Notes under the pieces: generated by a model
Seen by the model: only the letters and a program-made list of their open reading frames with translations
What the model was told of the DNA's origin: nothing
The model's database searches: none
Origin: Antechinus flavipes
Lineage: Eukaryota
NCBI RefSeq assembly: GCF_016432865.1
Contig: NC_067400.1
Span: 58,838,001-58,902,000 of the forward strand
Length of the DNA stretch: 64,000 nucleotides
Direction of reading: 5' to 3'
Translations under genes and position numbers: made by a program
Part shown: positions 50,612 to 63,935 of the stretch, piece by piece
Numbering within the stretch: the stretch's first letter is position 1
Layout: each line of letters opens with the position of its first letter

Positions 50612-53099
50612 ATAATAAGACGAGACCTCAAGAGGCTGAGAGTACTTGTAATGTCCAGGGTGGTAGTAGAAGTAAGATAAAATTGCGCTAAGCCTTCAAA
50701 TATGTTTATCTTTAAACAAATAAGACATTTATTGGATTTGGTTAGCGTGGACTCACACTGTTGCAGTTAAGGGCATATGGATAGGCAACCAGATCACAAA
50801 ACATTTCATTCCCTCCCCTTTATTGACTTCTTTCATGAAAAACTTGGGAATGGACTTCTGCCTTCCTAGTTTCTAAAAGTCTAGCTTTATTCTTTCCAAG
50901 GATGCCCATGGACCTTCTAGTTGCTTCATACTGGAGTTCAAATGTCATGCCTTTGTCAGAGCTACTTTTTGCTTTTCTTTTTCTTTTTTGCTTTTTAAGA
51001 TAGGAGGCAGCATTAATGCTCTTCCCTCTGGCTATTGTCTGGAACACATTCTTGTGTCTTTCAGTATCCTGGAAAGAGATTTGTGGGTGAAACAGAATTG
51101 TTGATGAAAGCTTTGCTGTTAATATTTCATCCAACAAAGCATGTCTCCTTTTCTATCCTTTGCATTTTGAAGAATCCAACAGTAAAGCCAAGCCTGCTTT
51201 GTGTGAGCCATTTTTCCAATCTTGGCAAACAATCAACCCTGCCTCTAAACTGTTAAATTAAAATATAATCTGTTTTTGAGTAAATCATATGTTTGTAAGA
51301 AAAACAATATAATCCTCTGTAGATGGTTTTGTACTTTCTAGCTGCCTGTGAGATTATCAAGCACACACATATCTGCAAACTGAGCCTCATCTCTCTCTTT
51401 TTTCTTAGAAGTTGTAGCTGGAGAGGATTTAGCTGTCCTTACAGTTATTACTGCTATAGAGTCTCTAGTTATTATTCTTTCTCTGTACCTCCTTTCTTAT
51501 AATTTTGGAAAGGAGCTTTGTCCTATATACACATATGTATATATACATAGACATATACACATATGTATGTATATAAACACATAATACACATACACATACA
51601 TATATATATTTTCCTAGCATAAGGTGTGATATTTAAAAAGTTTGAGAAACACAGTTTCTGAATAATTTAATAATTTTATTAATAAGACCAGAATATTATT
51701 AATAAAAGCATTGTCATCTGACCATTTGTTTTAGATCAAAGTGGCTGTGGGATGTCACAGTTTATATTCGAGGGAGCTTTCTTGAGGGATGCCTAATCTT
51801 TGATTGATTAATTGAATGGGAGGTAAACTACCTTGGAGTACATGACTTAGATCATTCAAATTTTGGTCAAAGAGACATCAATTTTCATATCATCTGTGTT
51901 GATCATAGGGAGAAGTAACATTTTCCCAGGATTTTTCTGAGCATACAAAATAAGTAGGAATATACCTTTTAGTCTAAACTTAGAATTTCTTTTACTGTCT
52001 GATTAGATTTTGGTTTGGCTAAATCTTTAAGAAAGATTTCCCACACTGATCAGTTTTTGGGTGAGGAAATAGAAAAGGGAGAAAATCTTGGTCCTAATAT
52101 TCTAATTAGTTATTAAGTTATTTTAATAATAACTAGCTATTAGTAATTAAAATATTAAATATATTAAAATAATATTAAAATACAATACAAGAGAAAAATA
52201 TTCATTTCTCTTCTGATGATGAATTGGGTTTCAAGGGCACAGGAATTTTCTGAGTAGTGGAAGTATCAATTTGATCTAACATTAGTGATTGGTTCATCTT
52301 TAGCAAAGATAAAGGATCTCCTGGAATCTATTTCAAATTCTGGGGATTAAAATATGGTAACATATTTTGCTCTTTTGGTCCCTGGTCCTAGAAAGTTTAC
52401 ACTTGAATCATCAAAGTTTAGTATAGGCTGACTAAACATTCTTCTATGTGTACTTCTCAGAACATGTACATATCCAGGTACTTTGCTTATTCTGATCTTT
52501 TTAAATGGATTGTTAATAGCTCAATCACAAATCAGAAGGGAGCATTTGAAATATCTCACTGTTGAAAGATCGGCTATCCTTGGGATGCAGTTTCAATTTA
52601 AGATCCCAGTTAAGAGAAACTGTAGTACAAAACTTAAATCACAAAATTATAGTGTTTTCTCCTGCTATCCCCACTCCCTATCTACTATATCAATAAATTC
52701 TTGAATCTATGAAGTGTTCATATGGAAGGTGGATAACCAAAAGTCAAGGAAACAGTGTGGTATAATGTGTTAAGAAATGCGCAGATTACTTTGAAGGTCT
52801 TTCATTAAAGGTTTGATGCTTACCTACACAATGTGTTATAATAGTGATTGTTTTCTTTTTTTTTTGTCCTTTTTCTTTTTTTTTCCTTGTTAATCTGAAC
52901 TTGACAAATATTCACAAGCATAAACATGTCCATGTACAAAAAGAAAATTGCATATATAATTGAAAATCTGTTATATAAAGTTTATTTTAAAAAGTATGTT
53001 ATTAATCAAACATATTAAAGAAGTATTATTTGTTCCTCCTTCTTTAATAAGTTCCTTGAAGGGGTTGCCCCTTCACTTTATCAAAAATTCCTGTCCCTT

Positions 53100-53147
53100 A
53101 TGTGTGTGTGTGTGTGTGTGTGCGTGTGCGCGTGCTTGTGTGTGTAT
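53100..53147. repeat. (TG)n/(TGCG) microsatellite
   Basis: Direct observation. Confidence 0.9.
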
Positions 53148-53442
53148 GTATACCATATTCTCTCTGTGTCTTGTCTCTCTATTCCTGCATCTATTTATCT
53201 TTCTTTGTCTCTGTTTTTGTCTCTGTTTGGTCTCTGTCTTTGTCTCTGTGTTGTCATAAACTGATATATATATGAAAAATTAATCCTTTCCTTTTATCAG
53301 AACTCTAAACTATAAATACTTCCCATCCATCAATAAACTTATACGATGCATTAGTCTTGATTAATTTCTTGATTTGGGACAAGTTAATTCTTCCTCATTT
53401 GCAGGATCAGACCAGATGATCTGTAAGATTCCTTATATTTCA

Positions 53443-53566
53443 GGGGCAGCTAGATGGCACAGTAGCTAGAACATTGGCCCTGAAATCAGGAGAACCTGAG
53501 TTCAAATCTAGCCTCAGACTTGGGCAAGTCACTTAACCCCATTTGCCTCACCAAAAAAAAAAAAAA
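53443..53566 (+). mobile_element. WSINE1-type SINE
   Basis: ggggcagctagatggcacagtag...gagttcaaatc...ttgcctcacc followed by poly(A). Confidence 0.9.
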
Positions 53567-53982
53567 TGTTATGCCACAATTTCCTTGATTATTCTATCTC
53601 AGTTTCCCTAATTGTTCTACCTGAATTTCCCTGAATTGTTCTCCCTGGTTGCAATCTCCCCCTCCTAAACATTAACACTGATATAACTCAGGGCAAGCTA
53701 CTCTAAGGTTATAAACTGTGAATGTTTAATCCAGATAAGGAGAAAGACCTATCTTAGACATCTTGACTCCAGACCTTCCCAACTTATCAGAATGTCCGGT
53801 GCTCACTCTGCCTCCCCCCTCTTGTCATTGTTCTTCCTAATCACTAATTTATCTCTGGGACCCCACATTCAGGACTGGATACTTGGAGACAAGAGTCTGA
53901 TCCAGTCAATTAATCAAACTCTCCAATAAATTAATATTAAACTCTTTAATCTCTATCCTGCCTCAGTTTCTTTGGCATAACA
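53567..53982 (+). mobile_element. Solo ERV LTR (416 bp) inserted in the SINE A-tail
   Basis: Termini TGTTATGCCA...TGGCATAACA, AAAA on both sides, and AATAAA at 53925-53930. U5 is similar to the LTR at 13915-14508. Confidence 0.85.
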
Positions 53983-54529
53983 AAAACAAAAAATATTCCT
54001 TCTAACTTTCAATTTCTAGGAGTCTTTCATTAGAGAACATGCAGGCTTTGATATGTGGGGTTTGGTATTTATTTCTAAAGGCTTATTGCTTTACTTTAAC
54101 ATCTTTTGGAACAGAACTATGAATTGTATTTTCAGCTAGCATATGATACTAAAATCTGATTTGTAAATATGGGATTAAGTGAAAATCCAGTCTTCATTCA
54201 CTGACTTTGAGCTCTGATGATGGACTATCTGATGGAGAGGGTTCCCAAAATGCTTCCTTTTTTTCCTCTCTAAAATATTCAAAATACTATTGATGAAACA
54301 CAGACAAGCAAGAGATCTTCTCCCTTTACCTCATCATGCTTAGGAAATACTGTCTAGGAAAGAGCACTATGGGGTGGTGGGGATTTGGAATCAACTGCCT
54401 TGCTATCACATGGCATCAACACAGTCTTTGGGGAATGACCCTAAAGAAAGTCAGGATCAGAAAGAACATTACAAATCATCCCATCTGACGACCTCATTTT
54501 ACAAATGAGGAGGAACTGAAAGTCGCTGA

Positions 54530-55140
54530 GTCAGTCAACAAACATTTAAGCAATTACTAAAAGTACTGTGCTAAACAATGAAGATACAAAGAAAGTAAAT
54601 CACAACCATAGTCCCTAACTTCAAGAGCTCACATTCTAATGGTGGAGACAACAAATAAACCACTATATATTTACAAAACATATCCAAATTAATGAAAGTT
54701 TATGTTAATGGGATGGAAATGGGATAATGGCTTACTGCAGAAGTTGAGATTTAAGTTGAGTCTGAAATGAATACTGTAATTGGAAGTGAGAAGAGCGAAC
54801 ACTACAGACATGGAAAGCAGATACTGAAAAGTCATAGAAGCAGGATAGACTCTGTGTTAGACTTTGTGGTCAGAGACAGCAAAGAAACATGTATCTCTGG
54901 GTCAGAGTTCTTGATGGACAGATGTAGAAGAAGAAGACATGTGAAAGACTTCAAATGTCTAAAAGAACAGTTTACATTTGATCAAGAAGATAACAGGAAG
55001 CTAGGAAAGTTTATTGAGTAGGGATGATAGTCATAACTGTGATTTAGAAAAATTATCTTGGCAGTCAAGTGTAGTGGAATAGGGAGAGTCTTGAACCAGG
55101 GAGGGAGATTATTGTAAGAGTTCAGATGTGAAGTGGTGAG
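54530..55140 (-). mobile_element. L2 3' portion
   Basis: tcagtcaacaaacatttaagc...gagctcacattctaatgg...agaaaaattatcttggcag. Confidence 0.8.
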
Positions 55141-58100
55141 ATCCATACATCTGGTAACCATTAGGAGCTTCATGAAACATTTCTTAAAAAATGGATAAAT
55201 GGCAATATCATGAGTACTTGTTGATTGATAATTGGACTGTGTCCTGGGCTAAAGTCTTCCATACTAAGAGATTTAGAATCTAGCCTTATAACTCCCCATT
55301 TTGTTCAGGCTTTTTTTTTTTGGCCATAAATTGGATTTTAAAATGATTTTATTTTATTTTATTTATTTATTTATTTACTATTTGTTATATTGTTAATTTA
55401 GTTCAAACAATTTAAAAGAATAGCAATGAATATTCTAAGGTTTTTTGAGACACAGAATGCCTCAATTAAAAAAAAGTTTTCATTTTGGAGGAACTTACCC
55501 TATTTAAGATATCAATTAACAGCAGGGCCATTGTTCCAATGACTTGTGTTATTCAGGTTGGCATTTTCTGCTGTTATAGCTTTATATAGCCCAATCAGGA
55601 CAAGTGATACCATGAAAGTCATCAATATTGTTCCTCTCAAATCTCAGGAACTCATATTAATGTGATTGATATTGCATGATTACTTTTTTTGTGTGTGAGA
55701 TGATTCTTTGGAGGATATAACCATGGATCAGCCTTTGACATTTGCAGCTGCAGAGAAACATTTTTTTATCCTCTTATAAAAGCAATCTGCCTAGAATAAA
55801 AAGCCAGACTGTGCTGATCCCTTTTCGTTCCCTTCACAATACTAGACAAATATTAGAGAAGCCTTGAACTTGACTATTAGAGGCAAAAATTCTATGAACA
55901 CTAAAGCGAGAGCTAAGGTATTACCAATGTTTAAAGCATTTTTCAGAAAATTTGCTCATCCCACCAGCCCCTGCCTGCGTCACTGCCATCTGTATTTATG
56001 TATGCTGGGTTAGATAAGGATAGGTTAGCAGATCTCCTTTTGAAAAAGGACAACTGAACAGTTTGACCTTGGATGAAAGCTTCTATTCTTTGCTGTATCC
56101 TTGCGGGTCCTGGCAGTGTGAATAGCCCAAGGCAAAATTATGAAGTTGGTTCTTTGTTCATGTTCTGTTCTGGTGCCTCTGTCATGTGTCCACCGCTCTC
56201 ATATGACTCCTTTTGAAGTTCAAGTCCCCCAGTGTGGTGCCCCATCCAAGGCTCTGCCTACCTGTAGTATCAGCCCATACTTTTTGCTTTTCCCTATTTG
56301 GCTCCACCTAGAATTATAAATTCTTAGCTATAGAGAGGAAAGAGATTTCAGAAACCATCCTGCACCTTCATTTTACAGGTGAGAAACTGAAGCCCAAAGG
56401 ATGAAGTCACAGAGATAAGTGATAAAACGATCCCTCATCTGACTTTAAATTCAGTTTATATTATCTAATATCCCAATTCCTCAGAGCTCTGCTCTTCACT
56501 TCCCAAGGTCATAACTATAGCATTGCACCATGTCCATGGAATTTTAATGAATGTGAGCCTGATGTGAGTTTGAAAGGTTACCCAGTCACAGAATCTCAGG
56601 ACTGGAAAAGATTTTATAGACCATCTAGTCCAACTCCTACCTGAATAAAATTCCTTTTCAAGGAGAGTCAATATATGGATTTTATTCTTTAGCAAGGAGG
56701 AACTCACCATCTCTCAAAGGTTCCTCTTCCATTTTTGAATCACTCTAATTGTCTGTTTTTAATAAGCCAAAACTTGCCTCTTTGCTACTTGTAGACAAAG
56801 TTCTCATTCTGGACTTAAATCATTCAGACAGTTAACTATAATTTATTAGGTACTTTCTAACATCCAGGCACTGCTGAAATGTAGTAGCAACACTAAAATT
56901 CTATTCTAGCACCAAGGCAGATATAAAAGTGATGGATAGAAGCTGAAAAGAGGAAAACTGACCTTAATGTAAGGCACTAGGAAGAATTTTGATGAGAAGT
57001 ATGAATTTGGCCAGATTTATATATGAGCAAGACTGTTATGATAGCAAAGTGGCAGATTGGTGAGAAGGAGAAGAGAATGGACTTTAGGAGGCTATTGCAA
57101 TTGTTCAGGTACTTATAATAAGGAGCAGTAGTAGGTTGGTGACAGTGTATATGATGCCTCTTGTCCCATGTATGGCTCTTTAAAAAGAAAAGAAGACAAA
57201 TGGCATAGTTTGAAGAACATACAAAAAAGTTTTGTTTTCTTTGTGGAAACCTACACATCGTTATAAAATGGATTTGCTATAGCAGAATTTATGTTGATTG
57301 CAAAAGATGGCCATTAGGATGCATGTAATAGCCCATGTGGTATAAATATTCTGTAAGTAATGTTTATGAGAGCAGAGTAGTTACTGATCATTTGTATCTG
57401 GGGCACTTCCTCTTAATGGGAAAATTTGTTTTTACAAATGGTTTGTGTGATAGAACTGCCTTTAGTGTTCTGGCCTCCTCCATTTTTCCATTGACGCAAT
57501 TTTCATAATGGGTTATTCCTTTGGAAACAGTTTCTTATATTTTATTCATGGTTTTTACTTTTAAAAAAGAATTCTACATTAAGAAAGGCGATGTGCTTGT
57601 GCTTTTCTGGTGTGGGCTTGGAAATCACTCCTTATGCCTTACTAAGGATCTCTGTAGCTTTCTCATTAATTGGCCCATTTTATTCATGTTTTCAAATCTT
57701 TTTCAGGGGCTTTTGTTTTAAGAGTGAATAAGATAAAGACAAACTTGCTATAATTAATGTTCTAAACCCAGGGGAAAAGCCTACTGGCTCATTCTAGGCA
57801 AGATGTGAATGACAAGATCCTTAACTAGTATTCTTTTTCTTCTTCTTCTTTTTTTTTTTGGATGCCTCTAGCCCCAGGTGTTTTACTTCATTCATAAAAC
57901 CTATTTCACTTTCATTTTGCAATTCTTCCCAATAAAACTAATTCACACTATAGTATTAATAGCACTTAGTAACTTTCTTACAGATTGTTCAAGGTGGAAG
58001 GGAGCTTAGAGATAATTTGTTGAAACCTTCTTGTTTTATAGTTGAAAAAATAAGGAGACCTTCACAGATATGAAATAATTTTGCCCAAGGTAACATGAAG

Positions 58101-58199
58101 GTGGTACTCATTGAACTAGGACAAAAACCTCAATCTGTTCATCAGTCTTGGAACTGTACTCAGGAGAATGTATATTTATTTTATTTTTTATTTTGAATT

Positions 58200-58545
58200 T
58201 GGGTAGAGAGAAAGACAGACAGAGACAGAGAGAGAAAGGGAGAGATAGAGAGAGATGAGCAGGAAAGAATAGGAAAGGAAAGGAAAGGAAGAGGAAGAGA
58301 GAGAAGAGAAGAGAGAAAAAGAGAGGAGAAAAAAAGAGAGTGATAGAATGAATGAAGGAGGAAGACGGAGGAGATAGAAAAGAGGAGGGAAGGATGGCTA
58401 GAGAGACAGACAGGGAGAAGAGGAGACAGAGGGGAAGAGAGGAGATGAGAGGAGAGAGAAAGAAAGAGACAGAGGGACAGAGAGATGGAGAAACAGAGAG
58501 AGGAGAGAGAGAGAGATAGAGACAGAAAGAGAGAGAAGGAATTAT
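58200..58545 (+). repeat. Purine-rich (GA/GGA/GAAA) low-complexity tract
   Basis: Direct observation; it explains the 155-aa minus-strand ORF 58181-58648. Confidence 0.9.
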
Positions 58546-58559
58546 ATATGAAACTGCAA

Positions 58560-59230
58560 TTCTCTTTTACTGTAGAACTTATTTTTTTAAAAGTATATAA
58601 TAAATTTCTCATGGTTCTTTTGAAGCTTTCTTGCTTGTTTTTTATCATTTAATTTCTATTTCTTCTATGCATTTAAAATGCTTCAATGACTTTCTTTTAT
58701 TCTTTTACTCTTTTTTTTTTTTTGGGGGGGGGAATCTCTATCATTAGTACCCTCTCCTTCCCAAAGCCTCTTTCTAATTTAAAAATAAAAGAAAAACACA
58801 ATCCTTGTAACAAATCATAGCCAAGCAAAATAGATGCATGCATCTGTCATATCCAAAAATTTACATTTCATTTTCCACATCCCTCTGTTAGGTGGTGGAT
58901 AGCATGCTTCAACAGGGTAATGGCTGGATATTGCATTCATCAGAATTTTAAAATTTTGCAAAGTTATTTTTCATTGCAGTGTGGCTATCATTCTATACAT
59001 TTTTCTCCTAGTTCTGTTAGCTCTGCATCAATTCATATATCTTCCCAGTTTTCTCTGAAATCATTCCTCTTGTTATGTATTTTAGCACAATATTCTGTTA
59101 CATTCATATTCTATAATTTGTTCAGTCAATATGTTTTGATGGGCACTTGCTTATCTTCTAGCTCTTTGCTAAACAAAAAGAACGATCAAAAGATATGTTT
59201 GTATATTTGGATTTTTCTTTCATCTATTTC
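58560..59230 (-). mobile_element. Old L1-like 3' region
   Basis: aatccttgtaacaaatcatagccaagcaaaatag...cagttttctctgaaatcattc. Confidence 0.65.
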
Positions 59231-59639
59231 AAACATTCAAAATGAGAATGCTTCAATCCAGAGGAATATATGAATCTCTGATAATGACATTTCTAGCATC
59301 TTGACAAGCCAATGGGTAAGTTCATTTTGAGCTAGGAAAAATGGAATATCCTAGGAGGAAAGGGAACTGGACTAAATTTGAATCAGAAGAGACTCTTACT
59401 CCACCTTTGATCCTTCTTAGCTTTGTGACCATTGGAAATCATTTGTTTGAGCTTTTGTTTCCTCTTCTGTAAAGTGGGGACATAAATATTTGCATTTTAC
59501 TGAGTTGTTATGAAAGCTAAATAAGATTTTATCTATTTTTTTGTGAATCTGAACTACTATATCAATGTCATTTTATTATTTAAAATTCCCATTGTTCAAG
59601 TAATCATATTAACTGGCTGCTCCATTTACTCATATAGAT

Positions 59640-59895
59640 AGAAATTGGGGGCAACTGAACTTTGCAGTAGATAGAGGGCAGGACTTGGAGTCAGGAAGAT
59701 CTAAATCCAAATCCAACCTCATACATATACTAGTTGAGTGACTGGCTAAGTGACCTAATTGATGTTTGTCTCTGTTTCCCCCTCCATAAAATGAGAATAA
59801 TAATAATTCCTTCCTCTTAGGGTTGTAATGAGATGATATTTGTAAAGCACATAAAGTATATAGTTAGCACTATGTAAATATTAGCTATTGTTATT
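59640..59895 (+). mobile_element. MIR/CORE-SINE
   Basis: tgcagtagatagagggcaggacttggagtcaggaagatct...ggttgtaatgagatgatatttgtaaagcac. Confidence 0.85.
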
Positions 59896-61004
59896 ATATT
59901 ATTAGAGATGAAATATAGGCTCTAAAACCTTCAATCTTTGTCAGTATTTAGATCAAACCCAGATTTGCGATTAATATGCTTAAAGAAAAATCATAATGCA
60001 TCAGAAAAAAGAACAGCAATGTAACTAGGATCATAAATAGCTCCCTGCGAAATCAGGCTTTCCTTCAGAGAGAACAAATGCTTTGTTTTCTCTCCCTGCC
60101 ATACAGAACTCATGATAATGAGGCTATCTTTCTGTTATCATAAAGTACAGAAGAGAAGGTAGGGAAGGAACAACAGAGGAAATATGTTTTTTCAAATATC
60201 AGAAAGAATATTGATGGCATCAGTGTGGAATAAAAGATTTTCTGTAATATTTGTCTATGCCTGAATTTCAGTAAGCAAAAAAAAAAAAAAAAAAAAGGTC
60301 TTTCTTAATCTTAATCTCCTCTGAATTCAGTGGAAAGAATATTAGGTTTGAGATAAGGGTTTGAAACTAAGTCTTGCTTCTTATGACCAGTGTGACCTTT
60401 GGAATGGTATTTAAATTTTCTGTACCTTAGTTGTTCATATGTAAAAATGGAACAAAGGAGAAGTTGAACTAGATGAACTGAAAAGGCTTCCTGAATAGTT
60501 TTCTAGCTGGTGAAATTACATGTAATTAAGAAGGAGAAAAAACTGTTTTTCTTGGAATATTATGGGAAAATATATTGGAAGTTCTACATGTCTGAAAATT
60601 GTTAGCAATGAATTTAGTGTTACTTTGGTTCTTGTTCCATCAAATGAGATAATGTAGGCAAAGTGCTTTGAAAACTTTAAATCTCTATATAAATAATACT
60701 ACTGTTATTATCTATTTCTTATCTTTTTCAGTGGGGTTCAATCAGTCCTGGAACTATTTGCCATTGTCCATTCATTCTTTTATATTCAATGTCCTATGGA
60801 CTATTGTGCAGGTTGATAAAATAACTGCTTTTCTTAGTTGAATAAAAGTATTTGGATGTAAGCTCATGCTCAGTAGGCTCATAGCAAACATTCTAGTAAT
60901 AGGCCACAGGAATGTTATGTACATTAACCTATTTCTGTGTGACTGAGCTTTTCCTAAATTCTCTGTATTTTAAAAGATTTTCATTACATGTAGCTTAGAG
61001 CAAA

Positions 61005-61190
61005 GCTGTGGATCACAACCCTATGTGATATCAGGTAACTGAATGTTTGTTTTTTGCAAAATTATGATTTATTATCAGTAAATGTTTGATTTGTATACCT
61101 ATTTTATATACTTATATACCTGGAATTGTATAAAAATTTCTTGGGTGAAAATGAGTGGCAAATGGGAAAAGTTTAAAAAGTCCTGGCTTA
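61005..61190. mobile_element. Probable marsupial hAT-type MITE
   Basis: ttatcagtaaatgtttgatttgtatacctattttatatac...aaaatttcttgggtgaaa...aaaagtttaaaaagtcctg. Confidence 0.4.
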
Positions 61191-62616
61191 GAGAAAGAAT
61201 ATAGAGTATGACAACATCTATGAAAAACATAGTGTTAAAGTTTTTAATAAATAGAAATTATGTCCTGATGATCCTAGGCAATAGTCCAATCTGTGATAAT
61301 GGCCTGTCTCTCTCTGCTACAGTTTATTGGTTGAATTCTCTAGGATTTTTTGGCATCTATGTTTTGTAATGTGGGATGACAAATCTGTCAATCCCTGAAA
61401 GATAAGCTTCTGTTCCATAATTTTAATCATTAGATCATGTCTTGCTAGGTATTGGGAAGATGTCAATTTTCATAGTCTGCAATGAAGTATTTTATGGCTT
61501 TTCCCATTTTCTCAGAGGGCCCATATTGATTACTAAATCAGCAACACACAATGACTTGGTGCAAAAATGGAATCACCTTTATTTTTACAAACAAATCTAC
61601 TTAACCAGCAGTTTTTGATGCTTCCTTTTCAAAACTTGATTACTGAATGTCATCCATGGAGATATACTTTTGATGTTAATTCTTGGATTTTACTTTTTTA
61701 AAGGCAAGTTTTGAAAATAAACCACTTCAGGTTATAGGGAGCAGATTAAAGCATATGTACCTTTTATCATTCTTTACTATTTGCAGTAATTTATACTTAC
61801 TCCAAATAATTTTTATAGGCTTTTGAAATGTTTATCATGTATTATAATAACATCTGCCATCCGTTTCCTTCCTTTTTGATAAGAAAATGTTATTCTATTT
61901 GTAGCTGTCCTGTATTTCATTGACATTGTGGATTTTTGTTAAAATACTTTCTAAATCTATTATGGCCATTTTATAGTTCTGAGAGTTTACTTGAAACTGA
62001 AATTGCATAGGTGATAATTGCTCATATATGTTCTTATTGACTTTTGATTTCTACTGGCAATTTTTAAAAAAACATATTCCATCATAATTTTCTCCTTAAT
62101 AGCTTTGTGCTTAAGTGACTTACCTGAAGGAAAACAAAGTACCATCTTTATTGTTGATTCAATTTTACTTCTATTTAGTTGCTATTATTCCTTGCTGTCA
62201 TTAAGAATGTTCTTACTGATTCAACATTTCTATGAAACTGGAAAAAGATTCTACAAGATAAGGGATCTATATAGTATATTTTTCATCCGTATGACTTATT
62301 TTCCTCATTAGCAGTATGTTTTAGTTTGACTCCCTCTTTACTTTGGAAGCTATATCTGGATTTTTTATAATAAAATATTAGTAGATTCAAGATTACATTG
62401 TCTTAATGGATACATACTGTCTTCCTGAAAGATGCAATGTTTTATATAACTTGATTTGATGTTATATTGATGACATTTTCAATAGAAATCAATTTTTCAT
62501 GTGTACATCAAGCAATTCAGCATGTTCACCATAGTTTTCACTAAGTTCCGAATCTATTTTTCATGTTTGTATTATTTGAATAAGCTATGAGTATAGAACT
62601 GAGTCAAAGGCTTTTT

Positions 62617-62703
62617 GAAGAGTATTTGCTAAGGTATCTTGGTTGGTACAAAAAAATCTATGATACATTCTTCTACAAATACACACAGGATCCATGAGAA
62701 AGT
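62617..62703 (+). repeat. Left arm of an 87-bp inverted repeat
   Basis: Reverse complement matches 63849-63935 at 86/87 positions. Confidence 0.97.
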
Positions 62704-63463
62704 GAACTCAGCTTTGGAGAGTACTTGTGGCAAAGGGGTAACTCATAGCTCCAGTTTATGGGATGTTCAAAAAGATCCCCTTAAGTACAATAAACCTGTA
62801 TCTTCCTGCTCTTAGCTCCCAATTCAGACACTATCTTCAGATCCAGGGATATAGTTAGGACACTAATGAGAAAATGGGAGATCTAACCTTCTTCTGACAT
62901 TTGGAAGCTTACAAGATCATCTTCCTATCAAAGGGATGGGAATAAGACCTAGACAAAGATAAAGGTGTGACTTCTCCTTTACCCCAGTCCCTCAAGTGAT
63001 TTTTGCTCAGAGTCAAACATAGTCCAACTTCTCAAATGACTCTGCTTGATAAATTATAGAAGACCCCCTCCCCAGTGCATGTCCAAGTTTCTTTTATTTA
63101 TCCATGATTCCTGTGAAATATCAACTTTTCTCATACTTAATCTAAAACCTGTAAGTGAGAATGGTTGATTAGGCATCTTGTGATTTACTGTAAGTGGTAT
63201 GGGATTGAGAATACCAATTACCTTTTCCTTATACAATCAAAGGCTTTGATTTTTTTTTCCATATTCCTTAGGGACCTGTATGATGAGTGTTGATCACTGA
63301 TACATGAGATGGTCATACTAGCATTCTATCTTATGTGAGCAGGTGTCTCATTCAATACTTCCTTTACCTTTCATGAACTTAAATTTCATTTTTAATTTCA
63401 TTCATATTGTTGTGCTCATTCAAAAAATGACATAACTATTACCAAAGAAATATAAAGAAAATA

Positions 63464-63631
63464 GGGACAGCTAAATGGCACAGTGGATAGAGCACCAGTC
63501 CTGAAGTCAGGAAGACTTGAGTTCAAATATGGTCTCAGATACTTAACACTTCCTAACTGTCTGGCTCTGAGGAAGTCACTTAACCCCAATTGCCTCAGCA
63601 AAAAAAATAAAAATAAAAATAAAAAAGAAAG
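63464..63631 (+). mobile_element. Full-length WSINE1-type SINE
   Basis: A/B boxes, an A-rich tail and an exact 20-bp TSD aaagaaatataaagaaaata (63444-63463 and 63632-63651). Confidence 0.95.
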
Positions 63632-63848
63632 AAAGAAATATAAAGAAAATAACAAAAATAATTAACACAAAGAATATACAACTTGTATTGGTATAAAAAA
63701 ATCGATGAACACTTTATAAGAAAACAATATAATGGCTAAGGAACAAAGGTATACCCATGGACAAAAAGTTCCAGTGGCTGTAAAGAATAATTTAGCTATC
63801 TGGCAATTATTGAACAAATCACCCAAGAGCATCATAGTATTTCTACAG

Positions 63849-63935
63849 ACTTTCTCATGGATCCTGTGTGTATTTGTAGAAGAATGTATCATAGACTTTT
63901 TTGTACCAACCAAGATACCTTAGCAAATACTCTTC
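63849..63935 (-). repeat. Right arm of the 87-bp inverted repeat
   Basis: Reverse complement of 62617-62703 with one substitution. Confidence 0.97.

Noticed and set aside
49787-50640. Possible nuclear mitochondrial segment (numt)
   Set aside because: I found no recognisable mitochondrial gene or rRNA text; the LTR-like termini fit better.
50820-51137. 105-aa minus-strand ORF
   Set aside because: It spans a T-rich low-complexity run (KKQKRKRK) and has no recognisable domain.
58181-58648. 155-aa Leu/Ser-rich ORF, and similar ones at 5236 and 11763
   Set aside because: Translations of purine-rich low-complexity tracts.
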